In this document: positions 7,841-17,442 of the stretch, piece by piece | Position numbering within the stretch: position 1 is the first letter of the stretch | How the letters are laid out: every line of letters starts with the position of its first letter | Source: Clostridia bacterium | GTDB lineage: Bacteria; Bacillota; Clostridia; Christensenellales; CAG-917 | Direction of reading: 5' to 3' | DNA: 32,046 nt | NCBI GenBank assembly: GCA_017500745.1 | Contig: JAFVYE010000044.1 | Coordinates: forward strand, 1-32,046 | Position numbers and translations under genes: made by a program | The notes under the pieces: model-generated | What the model was told of the DNA's origin: nothing | Seen by the model: the letters and a program-made list of their open reading frames with translations, nothing else | Database searches by the model: none

Positions 7841-9169
7841 CTATTTCTCAATGAAAAAGTCAAACTCAAGGTCAAGGACGTATGGGTCAATCCCTCCAAA
7901 ATTTCCACGGAAAATCCCTTGATTTGAAGGAGTGTTCACAAGGACGGAAACCCCTGTTATTGTTGAGGTAATGCCAACAATTTGACCAAGATTTTCAAGG
8001 GGTTTTGCAATTGTTCTATCCCCGTCTATCAGCAGGATCAAGTGAGAGTTTTCGCACGACACAGCCACCACAAAACCTTGTCTTGTTGGGGTCAGTTTGA
8101 CCACCTTGTCAAAGGTCAACGTGTTGGTGGATGATGAGATTTTGTCAAGGTGTTTGCAATAGGTTTCCGTGACGCCGTTTCCAACAAACGACACCCCGTC
8201 ACCACAGGGGAAAATCACTCCGTCCGTGGCGCCTTCAACCCCCTTTATGCCAACAACTTGAAAATTGCTGTCAAAAGAAAACATGGTGGGAGTTCCAGCA
8301 GAAACACCCAGCATAACGTAGTTGCAACTTGTGCTTGTTCCAGCTGTGATAATTTGCTTAAACGAAAGTTTATCTTGTGAGAACAACAACTTAAACCCTT
8401 TGTTTTGCTCAAACGAATATATCTTTACGTGGTCGTTTGCCCCTGCAACAACCATTTGACCGTTGGGGGTGTCAAAGCATTGGTGCAGGGCATCAACGTC
8501 TGTTTCAAGCACAAACGGACTGTGCTGTAGCGACATATTTTCAAGGATCTTCAGCTGACACAAATAGCCCTTTGATATGTAAAATAAGATGGGCTGAGTC
8601 CCGGACAAATACAGCTCGCCATCCGTCATCTCTGGCAGGTTTATTCGTGCGCTGATTTCGCCCAATGCGTTGAGCAAATACATTGATGCGCCACTATTGC
8701 TTTTGGCAAGCACAAGAAGCCCGGATGCTGTCAAAACTCCGTCAAGATAGTCCTCGTCAGACAAGTGATTTATTCTTTCAACACCATTGCCAATTACAGC
8801 CACGGACAGCCCTGTTTTGCGCATGTCAAACTCAACGGATTTTGAGCTGAATATGGCAAGCCGTTTTCCTTGGTAATTGTGCACGGCATGCAAGGTGTCA
8901 TCCCCCTCTCCGCCAAAGTGAGTGACGCCCATTCCGTCAATGATTTCGTAGGGGCGAGGCAGAGTGGTGTAGTAAGGCACGTGGGGAAGAGTTTGATTTG
9001 TGTCCGGCACCCCATCTTCAACAGAGGGCACGTCCACCACGTCATCTGCGGTTGCTTGATCGTTTGATTTTTTTACGTATAGTGCATCATAGAGCAGATA
9101 ACTGCCCACGGCAACAGAGCACAGCACCACTATGGCAAGCCATTTTGCGATTGTTTTTTGTTTTTGCAT
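7841..9169 (-). CDS. Hypothetical membrane-anchored extracytoplasmic protein (442 aa), beta-rich
   Basis: It has an N-terminal signal-anchor (IAKWLAIVVLCSVAVGSYLLY) and a long soluble region that looks beta-strand-rich by eye. I recognise no motif. Its start overlaps the 3' end of murG by 40 nt. Confidence 0.7.
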   Translation of the reverse strand: MQKQKTIAKWLAIVVLCSVAVGSYLLYDALYVKKSNDQATADDVVDVPSVEDGVPDTNQTLPHVPYYTTLPRPYEIIDGMGVTHFGGEGDDTLHAVHNYQGKRLAIFSSKSVEFDMRKTGLSVAVIGNGVERINHLSDEDYLDGVLTASGLLVLAKSNSGASMYLLNALGEISARINLPEMTDGELYLSGTQPILFYISKGYLCQLKILENMSLQHSPFVLETDVDALHQCFDTPNGQMVVAGANDHVKIYSFEQNKGFKLLFSQDKLSFKQIITAGTSTSCNYVMLGVSAGTPTMFSFDSNFQVVGIKGVEGATDGVIFPCGDGVSFVGNGVTETYCKHLDKISSSTNTLTFDKVVKLTPTRQGFVVAVSCENSHLILLIDGDRTIAKPLENLGQIVGITSTITGVSVLVNTPSNQGIFRGNFGGIDPYVLDLEFDFFIEK

Positions 9170-10197
9170 TTTTCACCTCGGCTTATGCTATCACGTATGA
9201 CGGCAACAATTTTTCCGTTGGTGTCGCCGTAGGTGCTTTTCATTGGTGGAGAGTGGAGTGTTTTGTCAATTTCTTCTGGCAGGTTGTCAAGATTGTTTTC
9301 GTACAGCACTCTGCCACCCATAGATTTGGCAAGGAGGGCGTTGTCAAGCTGATCTCCCCTTGACACGCCTTTGGGCAGAGGCACAAATAGGGCTTTTTTG
9401 CATAGAGCAGACAGTTCAGCCACGGCGGTGGCTCCTGCCCGCGACAGCACCACGTCGCTGACAGCGTATAGTGACGCCATGTCATCAGCATAGGGCAAGG
9501 GGATATATTTGTCCGTTCTTTTGGGAGGAGTAAAGTTTTTGTTGCCGTATAGGTGCACCACCGTAAAGGACTTTGTGAGAGTGGAGAGGTGTTTTACAAC
9601 GGCGTTGTTCAAAGCAGTTGCGCCAGAAGATCCACCCATCACCAACAACACCGTGTCGTTTTGAGGGATGTTCAACCCTCTGCGTGCTGTGACTTTGTTC
9701 TTTGAAAACAGCTCTTGACGGAGAGGAATCCCCACACACTCTCCCTTTGTGGTGGGGTTGGACGTAAGCATACGTCCGCCCATAAGTTTGCCAATTTTGT
9801 TGGCAAGCCCAAAGGACAAGTCGGACTCGTGGCATAGGAGAGGGGTTTTGCCGTGAGCAAGGACAAGGGGCAGGGACACGTAGCCACCCTTTGCAAAAAT
9901 GAGAGATGGTTCAATCTGTTTTAACAACTTTTTTGCGTTGATTATTGAGCGCGTCAAAACGATTGGGATTGACAGATTGTTTTTGACTGCCTTCAAAGAC
10001 AACCCGCGGACAAGCTTGACCACGGGCAGAGAGTGGTATTCAATGCCAAGGGGAGAGGTGAGCCGTCTTTCAATGGTGTCGCCCTCGCCACCTACGTACA
10101 CAACTTCAAAGCCCTCTTGCTGAAGAGAGGGTATTAGGGCAAGATTTGGATACACGTGTCCTCCCGTGCCCCCTCCCGTCAAAATAATTTTTTCCAT
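9130..10197 (-). CDS. murG: UDP-N-acetylglucosamine--N-acetylmuramyl-(pentapeptide) pyrophosphoryl-undecaprenol N-acetylglucosamine transferase
   Basis: N-terminal glycine-rich motif MEKIILTGGGTGGHVYPNLAL and the C-terminal-domain motifs LVMGGSSGA and SRAGATAVAE are present. I chose the ATG at 10197; the track start is a GTG six codons upstream. Confidence 0.93.
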   Translation of the reverse strand: MEKIILTGGGTGGHVYPNLALIPSLQQEGFEVVYVGGEGDTIERRLTSPLGIEYHSLPVVKLVRGLSLKAVKNNLSIPIVLTRSIINAKKLLKQIEPSLIFAKGGYVSLPLVLAHGKTPLLCHESDLSFGLANKIGKLMGGRMLTSNPTTKGECVGIPLRQELFSKNKVTARRGLNIPQNDTVLLVMGGSSGATALNNAVVKHLSTLTKSFTVVHLYGNKNFTPPKRTDKYIPLPYADDMASLYAVSDVVLSRAGATAVAELSALCKKALFVPLPKGVSRGDQLDNALLAKSMGGRVLYENNLDNLPEEIDKTLHSPPMKSTYGDTNGKIVAVIRDSISRGEKCKNKKQSQNGLP

Positions 10198-10274
10198 AGC
10201 AAATATTATGCCCACAAAGTCAAAAAGGTTTCTTTGCTCATCAAAGGTTTTGTGGCATATTCCGCAAATGTATA

Positions 10275-10303
10275 TTGATTTTTGAGTTTGGCCGTGTTAA
10301 AAT
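10275..10303 (+). promoter_or_regulatory. Extended -10 sigma-A-type promoter for the hydrolase gene
   Basis: TTGATT (10275-10280), a 17-nt spacer, then TGtTAAAAT (-10 at 10298-10303). Confidence 0.55.
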
Positions 10304-10347
10304 CAATTTATATGAAAGAAAGGGCGTGTGCCCACACAGGAGAGATT

Positions 10348-11265
10348 ATGAGAACAGAAAAATTTAAGAGTTTTGACGGAACAGTGTTGCAATGCTATCT
10401 TTGGGACGACGTGAGAAGCCCCAAGGGCGTTGTGCAAATCGCACACGGCATGGCAGAGCACGCAAGAAGATATGACAACTTTGCATCCTTCCTCAACAAA
10501 AACGGATATATTGTTTTTGCAGATGACCATCGTGCCCACGGCATGACCTCAACCAAGCAAAGCACAAAGGGAGTCAAGGGCTATCACAAGGGCGACATCT
10601 ATTTTGACACCGTCCGTGATGAAGTGGCAATCACGGCCCACCTCAAAGAGAGATATGGTCTCCCCGTCATCTATCTTGGACACAGCTATGGCTCAATGGT
10701 TGGACAACGTTACGTTGAAATGAGCCCCGCAGTTGACGGAGTAATTCTTTCTGGTTCAGCAATGATGAAGGGCGCATTGCTCAGCGCAGGCGCAGCCATC
10801 TCCAAGCTCCAATACAAAATCAGAGGTGGAGAGGTCAAGGCAGACCTTCTTGACAAGATGAGCTTTGGATCATACAACGCACCCTTCAAAAAGGAAGGTT
10901 CTTTTGCTTGGCTTTCAAGAGATAAGGAACAAGTCAAAAAATACATCTTTGACGAGCAATGTGGCTACGTTATGTCCATCTCATTCTTCAAGCATTTCTT
11001 GAACGGACTCAAAGCAAGCTACAAACCTGAAAATCTTGGTGCAATCAACAAGGATTTGCCCATTGCAATCTTCTCTGGCGACAAGGACCCCGTTGGTGGC
11101 AACGGCAAACTTGTGACAGCCCTCTACGACCAATACAAAAACCTTGGTGTCAAGGACGTGAGCATCAAACTCTATCCCGATGCACGTCATGAAATCATCA
11201 ATGAAATCAACAATGCCGAAGTGTATCAAGACATCCTTGATGCCGCCAACAAAATGCTTGGCTGA
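10348..11265 (+). CDS. Alpha/beta hydrolase (lysophospholipase / monoacylglycerol lipase-like)
   Basis: Nucleophile elbow GHSYGS, acid GDKDPV and histidine DARHEI are present. AGGAG lies 5 nt upstream of the ATG at 10348; the track start is an upstream TTG. Confidence 0.85.
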   Translation: MRTEKFKSFDGTVLQCYLWDDVRSPKGVVQIAHGMAEHARRYDNFASFLNKNGYIVFADDHRAHGMTSTKQSTKGVKGYHKGDIYFDTVRDEVAITAHLKERYGLPVIYLGHSYGSMVGQRYVEMSPAVDGVILSGSAMMKGALLSAGAAISKLQYKIRGGEVKADLLDKMSFGSYNAPFKKEGSFAWLSRDKEQVKKYIFDEQCGYVMSISFFKHFLNGLKASYKPENLGAINKDLPIAIFSGDKDPVGGNGKLVTALYDQYKNLGVKDVSIKLYPDARHEIINEINNAEVYQDILDAANKMLG

Positions 11266-11286
11266 ATCATAATCAAAAATATAGAC

Positions 11287-11316
11287 AAATCCCACGGTAA
11301 TCCGTGGGATTTTTTA
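11287..11316 (+). terminator. Intrinsic terminator after the hydrolase gene
   Basis: Stem ATCCCACGG (11289-11297) pairs with CCGTGGGAT (11302-11310), followed by a T-run. Confidence 0.85.
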
Positions 11317-11348
11317 TATAAATAATTATATTTGGTTGTGCGCACCGC

Positions 11349-11377
11349 TTGAAATCTACAACATCTTGTGATATAAT
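11349..11377 (+). promoter_or_regulatory. Sigma-A-type promoter for the topoisomerase operon
   Basis: TTGAAA (11349-11354), a 17-nt spacer, then TATAAT (11372-11377) preceded by TGa (extended -10). Confidence 0.65.
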
Positions 11378-11447
11378 GAATTATATTTATGTTTGCGTGC
11401 GCCTTGTGTGCGTGCGCAAAGTGGCAACAACAATTTTGGAGTTTTTT

Positions 11448-13418
11448 ATGGCAACAACAAAAGGTTACAATGCAGAACAGATTCAAGTCCTTGAGGGGCT
11501 TGATGCGGTGCGTAAGCGTCCCGGCATGTACATTGGTACAACAGGCAACAAAGGGCTTCACCACATACTTTGGGAAATCATTGACAACAGCGTTGACGAG
11601 GTGGCAAACGGATTTGGCGATACGGTCAAAATTCAGCTTCTTGACGATTGCGTTGCTCGTGTCAGCGACAACGGCAGAGGCATGCCCGTTGACAAACATC
11701 CCAAGCTTAAAATAAGCGGTGTTGAAGTCATCTTCACTCAACTTCACGCAGGCGCAAAGTTCAACAACGATCAATATTCATTTTCTGGCGGTCTCCACGG
11801 CGTTGGCGCATCCGTGACCAACGCACTCAGCGAGTGGCTGTACGTTGAAGTGGCAAGAGACGGCAATTTGTATAGAGCAGATTTCCACTCACCCACCCTT
11901 GCAAGTGGCAAGGTCAAGAGTGGCGTTGTCAAAAATCCTTTGACACTTATGGGCAAAACCAAGGAGCAGGGCTCACGAGTCACCTTCAAGCCCGACGAGC
12001 GCATTTTCAAGGGCGAAAAGTTCAACTATGACGTCATCGCAAGCCGTATGCGCTACGTTGCATATCTCAACAAGGGCATGACCATTGTCCTTGAGGACCT
12101 TCGTATGCCCCTTGACGGTGGCACCGAAAAGAGTGACACTTTCTGCTACAAGGGAGGCATTGCAGATTACGTTCAATTCCTCAACGAAGGCAAAAACGTC
12201 CTTTACGACAAGCCCCTCTACGTGGAGGCAAAGGAGCAGAACTTTGAGGTGGCGGTTGCCGTGCAACACACCGATGGATACACAGAAAACATCTACTCAT
12301 ACGTCAACTCAATCCCCACAGCCGAAGGTGGCACACACGAGGTTGGATTCAAGAGCGCTGTCACAAGAGTTTTCAACGAGTTTGCAAGAAAGCACAATAT
12401 CTTGAAGGAAAAGCAAGCCAACCTGCTTGGAGAGGATTTTAGAGAAGGCATGGTGGCAGTCATCACCGTCAAGATGCAAAACGTCCAATTTGAAGGTCAA
12501 ACCAAGGGCAAACTTGGCAACCCCGAAGTAAGACAAAAGGTGGAAACCTTGGTCAGCGAGCAACTTGAAGAGCTCCTTCAAATGAGGGGCTACAAGGCCA
12601 GCGCAGAAAAGATCATCTCCAAGGCAATGGGAGCAGCACGCACCCGTGAGGCAGCCAAAAAGGCGAAGGACATTGCCCGTCAACAAAACAAGCTCAACGG
12701 AGCAAACCTTGTGGGCAAGCTGTCAAGCTGTTCTGGCAGAAACTACGAAATCAACGAGTTGTTTATTGTTGAGGGCGACAGCGCAGGCGGAAGCGCAAAG
12801 CAAGCCCGTGACAGAAGTTTTCAAGCAATATTGCCACTACGTGGCAAACCCCTCAATGTTGAAAAGGCCCCTCTTGAAAAGATCCTTGCCAACGAGGAGA
12901 TTTCAACCATAATCAGCGCCCTTGGCACAGGCATTGAGCCCGCCTTTGACATCAGCGGACTCAAATATGACAAAGTCATCATCCTTGCTGACGCAGACCA
13001 AGACGGCGCACACATCAGAGCCCTTTTGCTCACTTTCTTCTTCCGCTATATGCGTCAACTCATCACGGAAGGCCACGTGTACATTGGCATGCCTCCTCTT
13101 TATAAGTTGCAAAAGAAGGATGAGATCCTTTACTGCTATGATGACGCAGCCCTTGAAGAAGGTCAAAAGCGCATGGGCAAAACCGCCCTCCTTCAACGCT
13201 TCAAAGGTCTTGGCGAGATGAACCCCGAGCAACTTTGGGACACCGCAATGGACCCTGCCAAGCGTTCACTTACAAGAGTGACCATTGAGGATGCAGCGGC
13301 GGCGGACAAGCGCATCACTGTCCTTATGGGCGATGACAGCTCAATAAGAAAGGACTACATCTACAGATATGCAGATTTCAACAAAATAGATTCCTTCAAA
13401 ATCAAGGCGGAGGACTAA
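11448..13418 (+). CDS. Type IIA DNA topoisomerase subunit B (DNA gyrase / topoisomerase IV B subunit; GyrB-like by motif comparison)
   Basis: GHKL ATPase motifs LEGLDAVRKRPGMYIG and GLHGVGASV are present, as are the Toprim motifs EGDSAGGSAKQARDR and DADQDGAHI. Segments KLSSCS, FQAILPLRGKPLNVEKA, ALGTGI and FFRYMRQ resemble B. subtilis GyrB more than ParE, from memory. The ATG at 11448 has TTGGAG upstream. Confidence 0.93.
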   Translation: MATTKGYNAEQIQVLEGLDAVRKRPGMYIGTTGNKGLHHILWEIIDNSVDEVANGFGDTVKIQLLDDCVARVSDNGRGMPVDKHPKLKISGVEVIFTQLHAGAKFNNDQYSFSGGLHGVGASVTNALSEWLYVEVARDGNLYRADFHSPTLASGKVKSGVVKNPLTLMGKTKEQGSRVTFKPDERIFKGEKFNYDVIASRMRYVAYLNKGMTIVLEDLRMPLDGGTEKSDTFCYKGGIADYVQFLNEGKNVLYDKPLYVEAKEQNFEVAVAVQHTDGYTENIYSYVNSIPTAEGGTHEVGFKSAVTRVFNEFARKHNILKEKQANLLGEDFREGMVAVITVKMQNVQFEGQTKGKLGNPEVRQKVETLVSEQLEELLQMRGYKASAEKIISKAMGAARTREAAKKAKDIARQQNKLNGANLVGKLSSCSGRNYEINELFIVEGDSAGGSAKQARDRSFQAILPLRGKPLNVEKAPLEKILANEEISTIISALGTGIEPAFDISGLKYDKVIILADADQDGAHIRALLLTFFFRYMRQLITEGHVYIGMPPLYKLQKKDEILYCYDDAALEEGQKRMGKTALLQRFKGLGEMNPEQLWDTAMDPAKRSLTRVTIEDAAAADKRITVLMGDDSSIRKDYIYRYADFNKIDSFKIKAED

Positions 13419-13421
13419 GAT

Positions 13422-15845
13422 ATGGCAAAGAAAAAACAAAAAGAGATAGTGTACAGCAGCGCCGTATATGACGTGGCCTTTGAGGAGGTCATGCACAACT
13501 CCATGTTGCCCTATTCAGAGAACGTCATTCTTGACCGTGCTCTCCCAAGAGTAGAGGACGGCTTGAAGCCCGTTCAACGCAGAATATTGTACTCAATGTA
13601 CGAGATGGGCATCACTCCCGACAAGCCCTACAAGAAATGTGCAAGAATAGTTGGCGATTGCCTTGGCAAATATCATCCCCACGGCGACAGCTCTGTGTAC
13701 GGCGCACTTGTGCGTATGGCACAACCTTTCTCAATGGGCATGAAGCTTGTTGATGGCCACGGAAACTTTGGCTCAGTTGACGGAGATGGGGCGGCGGCAA
13801 TGCGTTATACAGAAGCCCGTATGGCGCCTCTCGCCCTTGAACTTTTGAGAGATTTGGACAAGGAGACCGTGTCTTGGGCCCCCAACTTTGACGATAGTTT
13901 GGAGGAGCCCACCATTTTGCCGGGCAGATTTCCAAACCTGCTTGTAAACGGCGCAAACGGCATTGCCGTTGGCCTTGCAACCAACATCCCCACTCACAAT
14001 ATGGCAGAGAGCATTGACGCAGTTGTTGCCATGATTGACAACCCCAGCATCACAACGGCAGAACTCCTCAAAGTGTTCAAAGGCCCAGATTTCCCCACAG
14101 GTGGATTTATTGTGCCCGTTGACAGTCTTGAATCCATATATGAAACAGGCAAGGGCAGGATCAAGATTCGCTCACGCTTGCACATTGAGGATGATGACAA
14201 CGGCAAAAAGAACATTGTCATCACAGAGCTTCCTTATCAAGTCAACAAGGCAGAACTGCTCACAAAAATAGCCGACCTTCGTGAAGCCAACAAAGAGCTG
14301 CTTTCTGGCATAAGCGATATCGTTGACGAAAGCGACAAGCAGGGTATGCGTGCAGTCATCAAGCTCAAAAAGGACGCTCCCGTTGACAAAATCGTGGCTT
14401 TCCTCATGAAAAAGTCCAACCTTGAAATTGGCTACTCTGTCAACATTGTGGCAATTGCAGGAGGCAAGCCCGAGCAACTTGGACTCCGTGACATATTGAA
14501 GTATTACATTGCATATCAGCGAGAAATCATTGTCAAGCGCACCACCTTTGACCTCAAAGCAGCAAAGGCAAGAGCAGAGATTGTCAAAGGTCTGCTTGTT
14601 GCCATAGCCAACATTGACGAGGTCATTGCCATCATCAAAACCAGCGAAACAACCGCCAAGGCCAAGGCAACTCTTCGTGAAAGGTTTGACCTCAGCGATG
14701 AGCAGGCACAAGCCATCCTTGACATGCGCCTCAAAGCCCTTGCCCGCCTTGAAGTAGGCAAGCTTGAGGAGGAACTGCAACGCCTTGAAAAACTCATTGC
14801 AAAGCTCACGGCCATCCTGGGCAGCAAAGCAAAGCAATTTGCAGTGGTCAAGGAGGAAATCCTTGAAATCAAAAAGAACAACCCCTCTCCCAGACTTTCG
14901 GTCATACTTGGAGCAGAGGATTTGGGCAAAGTTGAACTGCCCACCGCAGAAGAGGCAGTTGCCTATCGTGAAGGCGTGTTTGTGTTGAACGATGCAGGCA
15001 CCATCAGATTTATGTCACAAAAGAGCTATTCAATTGCTCTCAAGGATATGTCACAATACGGCGAGGCGGAACTGCCCAAGCAAGTGCTCCACGTCAACAA
15101 CAAAGGACACCTTTTCGCCTTCACAAACAAGGGCAATCTTGTTAAGATTGACGTCACGTCTCTCCCCGAAAAGAGATGGCGTGAAAAGGGAGTGACCATC
15201 GGCTCATTGAACCCCGAAGTCAGTGCGGGAGAAAGCGTGGTCAAGGCATTCTTTTTTGACTCAACTCCTGTGGGTGAATTCCTGTTCTTCACAAAGCAAG
15301 GCATGGTCAAGCGCACAGACGTCACCGAGTACACCACAACAAAAGCGTTTGTTGGCGCAATCATCTTGGGCGAGGGCGACACCCTCATTTCAGTTGAATT
15401 GGTTGACGATGAAAAGAACGTGTTTGAGGTCACCGCAGACGGACAATGCTTGCTGTACAATCCTCTTGAAGTTCCTCTCCAAGGCAGAAAAGCAGGAGGC
15501 GTGAAGGGCGTCAAGCTTGGAGATGGCGACAGCATCGTATTTGGCGGACTCATTGAGGAGGAGGGCGAAGTGGTTGTCGTCACCACAACCGGCTATACAA
15601 AGCGTGTCATATCCTCCACCCTTGAACCCACGTCAAGATATCTCAAAGGGGTCAAGATTGTTGACCTTGACAAGAGCAAAGTCAAGTACGTCAACGTGGT
15701 CAAAGACCCTTATGATATAGCCATTGTCACCGGTGGCAAGACCTACGTCGTCAACACCGAGGACATCCGCATTGACACAAGAACAACCAAAGGCAAGCAA
15801 CTATACAAAACACCCGTGACACTTGTCACAAAAGTAAGCGAATAA
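13422..15845 (+). CDS. Type IIA DNA topoisomerase subunit A (DNA gyrase / topoisomerase IV A subunit; no GyrA box)
   Basis: The active-site context [11 protein letters not shown], the [10 protein letters not shown] motif and a C-terminal beta-pinwheel blade motif ([12 protein letters not shown]) are present. Signatures are mixed: KPVQRRIL and PNFDD are ParC-like, while [19 protein letters not shown] and [11 protein letters not shown] are GyrA-like. No Q-R-R-G-G-K-G box is visible. Confidence 0.92.
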   Translation: MAKKKQKEIVYSSAVYDVAFEEVMHNSMLPYSENVILDRALPRVEDGLKPVQRRILYSMYEMGITPDKPYKKCARIVGDCLGKYHPHGDSSVYGALVRMAQPFSMGMKLVDGHGNFGSVDGDGAAAMRYTEARMAPLALELLRDLDKETVSWAPNFDDSLEEPTILPGRFPNLLVNGANGIAVGLATNIPTHNMAESIDAVVAMIDNPSITTAELLKVFKGPDFPTGGFIVPVDSLESIYETGKGRIKIRSRLHIEDDDNGKKNIVITELPYQVNKAELLTKIADLREANKELLSGISDIVDESDKQGMRAVIKLKKDAPVDKIVAFLMKKSNLEIGYSVNIVAIAGGKPEQLGLRDILKYYIAYQREIIVKRTTFDLKAAKARAEIVKGLLVAIANIDEVIAIIKTSETTAKAKATLRERFDLSDEQAQAILDMRLKALARLEVGKLEEELQRLEKLIAKLTAILGSKAKQFAVVKEEILEIKKNNPSPRLSVILGAEDLGKVELPTAEEAVAYREGVFVLNDAGTIRFMSQKSYSIALKDMSQYGEAELPKQVLHVNNKGHLFAFTNKGNLVKIDVTSLPEKRWREKGVTIGSLNPEVSAGESVVKAFFFDSTPVGEFLFFTKQGMVKRTDVTEYTTTKAFVGAIILGEGDTLISVELVDDEKNVFEVTADGQCLLYNPLEVPLQGRKAGGVKGVKLGDGDSIVFGGLIEEEGEVVVVTTTGYTKRVISSTLEPTSRYLKGVKIVDLDKSKVKYVNVVKDPYDIAIVTGGKTYVVNTEDIRIDTRTTKGKQLYKTPVTLVTKVSE

Positions 15846-15858
15846 TAGGACGGACATT

Positions 15859-17346
15859 ATGAAACAGGTTGGATTTGACAAAAATTTGTATATGCAAAAG
15901 CAATCCGAGCAAATTCTTGAAAGAATAAAGCTCTTTGACAAGCTCTATCTTGAATTTGGCGGAAAACTCTTTGACGACTTGCACGCAACACGTGTGCTCC
16001 CCGGCTTTGACAAGGGGGCAAAAATAAAGCTTTTGCAAAACCTCAAAGACCAAGCAGAACTCATCATTTGCATAAATGCAAACGACATTGAACGCAACAA
16101 AATTCGTGCAGACTACGGCATCACCTACGGCAGCGAAGTGGAGCGTATGATTGACAACATTTCATCTCTTGGCATCTACATCAACTGTGTGGTCATCACA
16201 ATGTTCCAAGAGCAAAAAACAGCCCTTGCTTTCAAGTATAAGCTTGAAAATCGTGGGGTAAAAGTTTACGTCCACCGTCCTACAATGGGATATCCCAACG
16301 ACATTGACGTCATAGTTTCTGATGAGGGCTATGGCGCAAATCCCTACATTGAAACAACAAGGAAGCTTGTTGTGTGCACAGCTCCCGGACCGGGTAGCGG
16401 AAAGCTTGCCACCTGCCTCGGCCAACTCTATCATGACCAAAAGAGAGGCATCAAGGGTGGCTATGCCAAGTTTGAAACCTTCCCCATTTGGAACTTGCCC
16501 CTGTCACACCCCGTCAACGTGGCATACGAGGCAGCCACAGCAGACCTCAAAGACGTCAACAAGATTGACCACTTCCACCTTGAAGCTTACGGCAAGATGG
16601 CGGTCAACTACAATCGTGACATTGAGGTGTTCCCCTTGGTCAAGAGCATCCTTGCCAAGATCACGGGAGGGGAGTGCATTTACAACTCTCCCACAGACAT
16701 GGGCGTCAATATGGCTGGATATTGCATCACAGACAATGACGTTTGCGTTGAAGCATCCAAGCAAGAGGTTCTTCGCAGATATTACAAGGCAAGATGCGAC
16801 TACAAAAATGGCCAAGGCACCAAGGGCACCATTGAAAGATTGCACGCTTTGATGTCCCGTCTTGGAGTGTCTGCCAATGACAGAAAGGTCATTGCAAGCG
16901 CCCTCATCAAAAACCAAATTGCAGACGGCAAAGGTGCGGTGGCCATTGAGCTTGGTGACGGACAAATTGTCACAGGCAGAAACACAAAGCTTATGTCAGC
17001 ATCGGCAGCTGCGGTGTTCAACGCAGTCAAGACCCTTGGCAAAATTGACGATGACATTGACCTCATTGCCCCTGTTGTCATTGAGCCCATCATCTCATTG
17101 AAGTCAAAGGTGCTCCATGAAAAGCACACCCCGCTCTCACTTGAAGAAGCATTGCTTGCACTTTCTGTGTGCGCTGCAACCAATCCTCTTGCAGCAAAGG
17201 CGGTCAAAAAGCTTGAACAGCTTGAGGGCTGTGAAGCACACTCATCACACATGCTCTTCAAGTCAGATGAAAACCCCTTGCGCAAGCTTGGCATCCATCT
17301 CACCTGCGAGCCGGAGTTTCTTGACAACAATCTCTTTATCAATTAA
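15859..17346 (+). CDS. DUF1846 / UPF0371 family protein
   Basis: The N-terminus FDKNLYMQKQSEQILERIKLFDKLYLEFGGKLFDDLHATRVLPGFD is characteristic of the roughly 495-aa UPF0371 family found in Bacillota. Confidence 0.8.
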   Translation: MKQVGFDKNLYMQKQSEQILERIKLFDKLYLEFGGKLFDDLHATRVLPGFDKGAKIKLLQNLKDQAELIICINANDIERNKIRADYGITYGSEVERMIDNISSLGIYINCVVITMFQEQKTALAFKYKLENRGVKVYVHRPTMGYPNDIDVIVSDEGYGANPYIETTRKLVVCTAPGPGSGKLATCLGQLYHDQKRGIKGGYAKFETFPIWNLPLSHPVNVAYEAATADLKDVNKIDHFHLEAYGKMAVNYNRDIEVFPLVKSILAKITGGECIYNSPTDMGVNMAGYCITDNDVCVEASKQEVLRRYYKARCDYKNGQGTKGTIERLHALMSRLGVSANDRKVIASALIKNQIADGKGAVAIELGDGQIVTGRNTKLMSASAAAVFNAVKTLGKIDDDIDLIAPVVIEPIISLKSKVLHEKHTPLSLEEALLALSVCAATNPLAAKAVKKLEQLEGCEAHSSHMLFKSDENPLRKLGIHLTCEPEFLDNNLFIN

Positions 17347-17442
17347 TAAAATCGCACAATCGCAACTTTATCAATAGATCAATCGGAGATAAAGTGCTTG
17401 TTTTATAAAAAAACGGTAAACCCGAAACATAGTGAGGTATCT

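Noticed and set aside
14172-14837. Long antisense ORFs inside well-supported genes. Examples: 14172-14837 (221 aa), 15026-15586 (186 aa), 16800-17342 (180 aa), 25938-26588 (216 aa), 19755-20312 (185 aa), 11226-11774 (182 aa), 12309-12686, 22192-22599 and 3272-3592.
   Set aside because: Each lies opposite a gene with unambiguous conserved motifs (topoisomerase, DUF1846, era, dnaB, yqfD, protease). Their translations are low-complexity or Cys/His/Ser-rich with no recognisable motifs or RBS. Their length is best explained by the codon bias of the sense strand, which yields few reverse-complement stop triplets.
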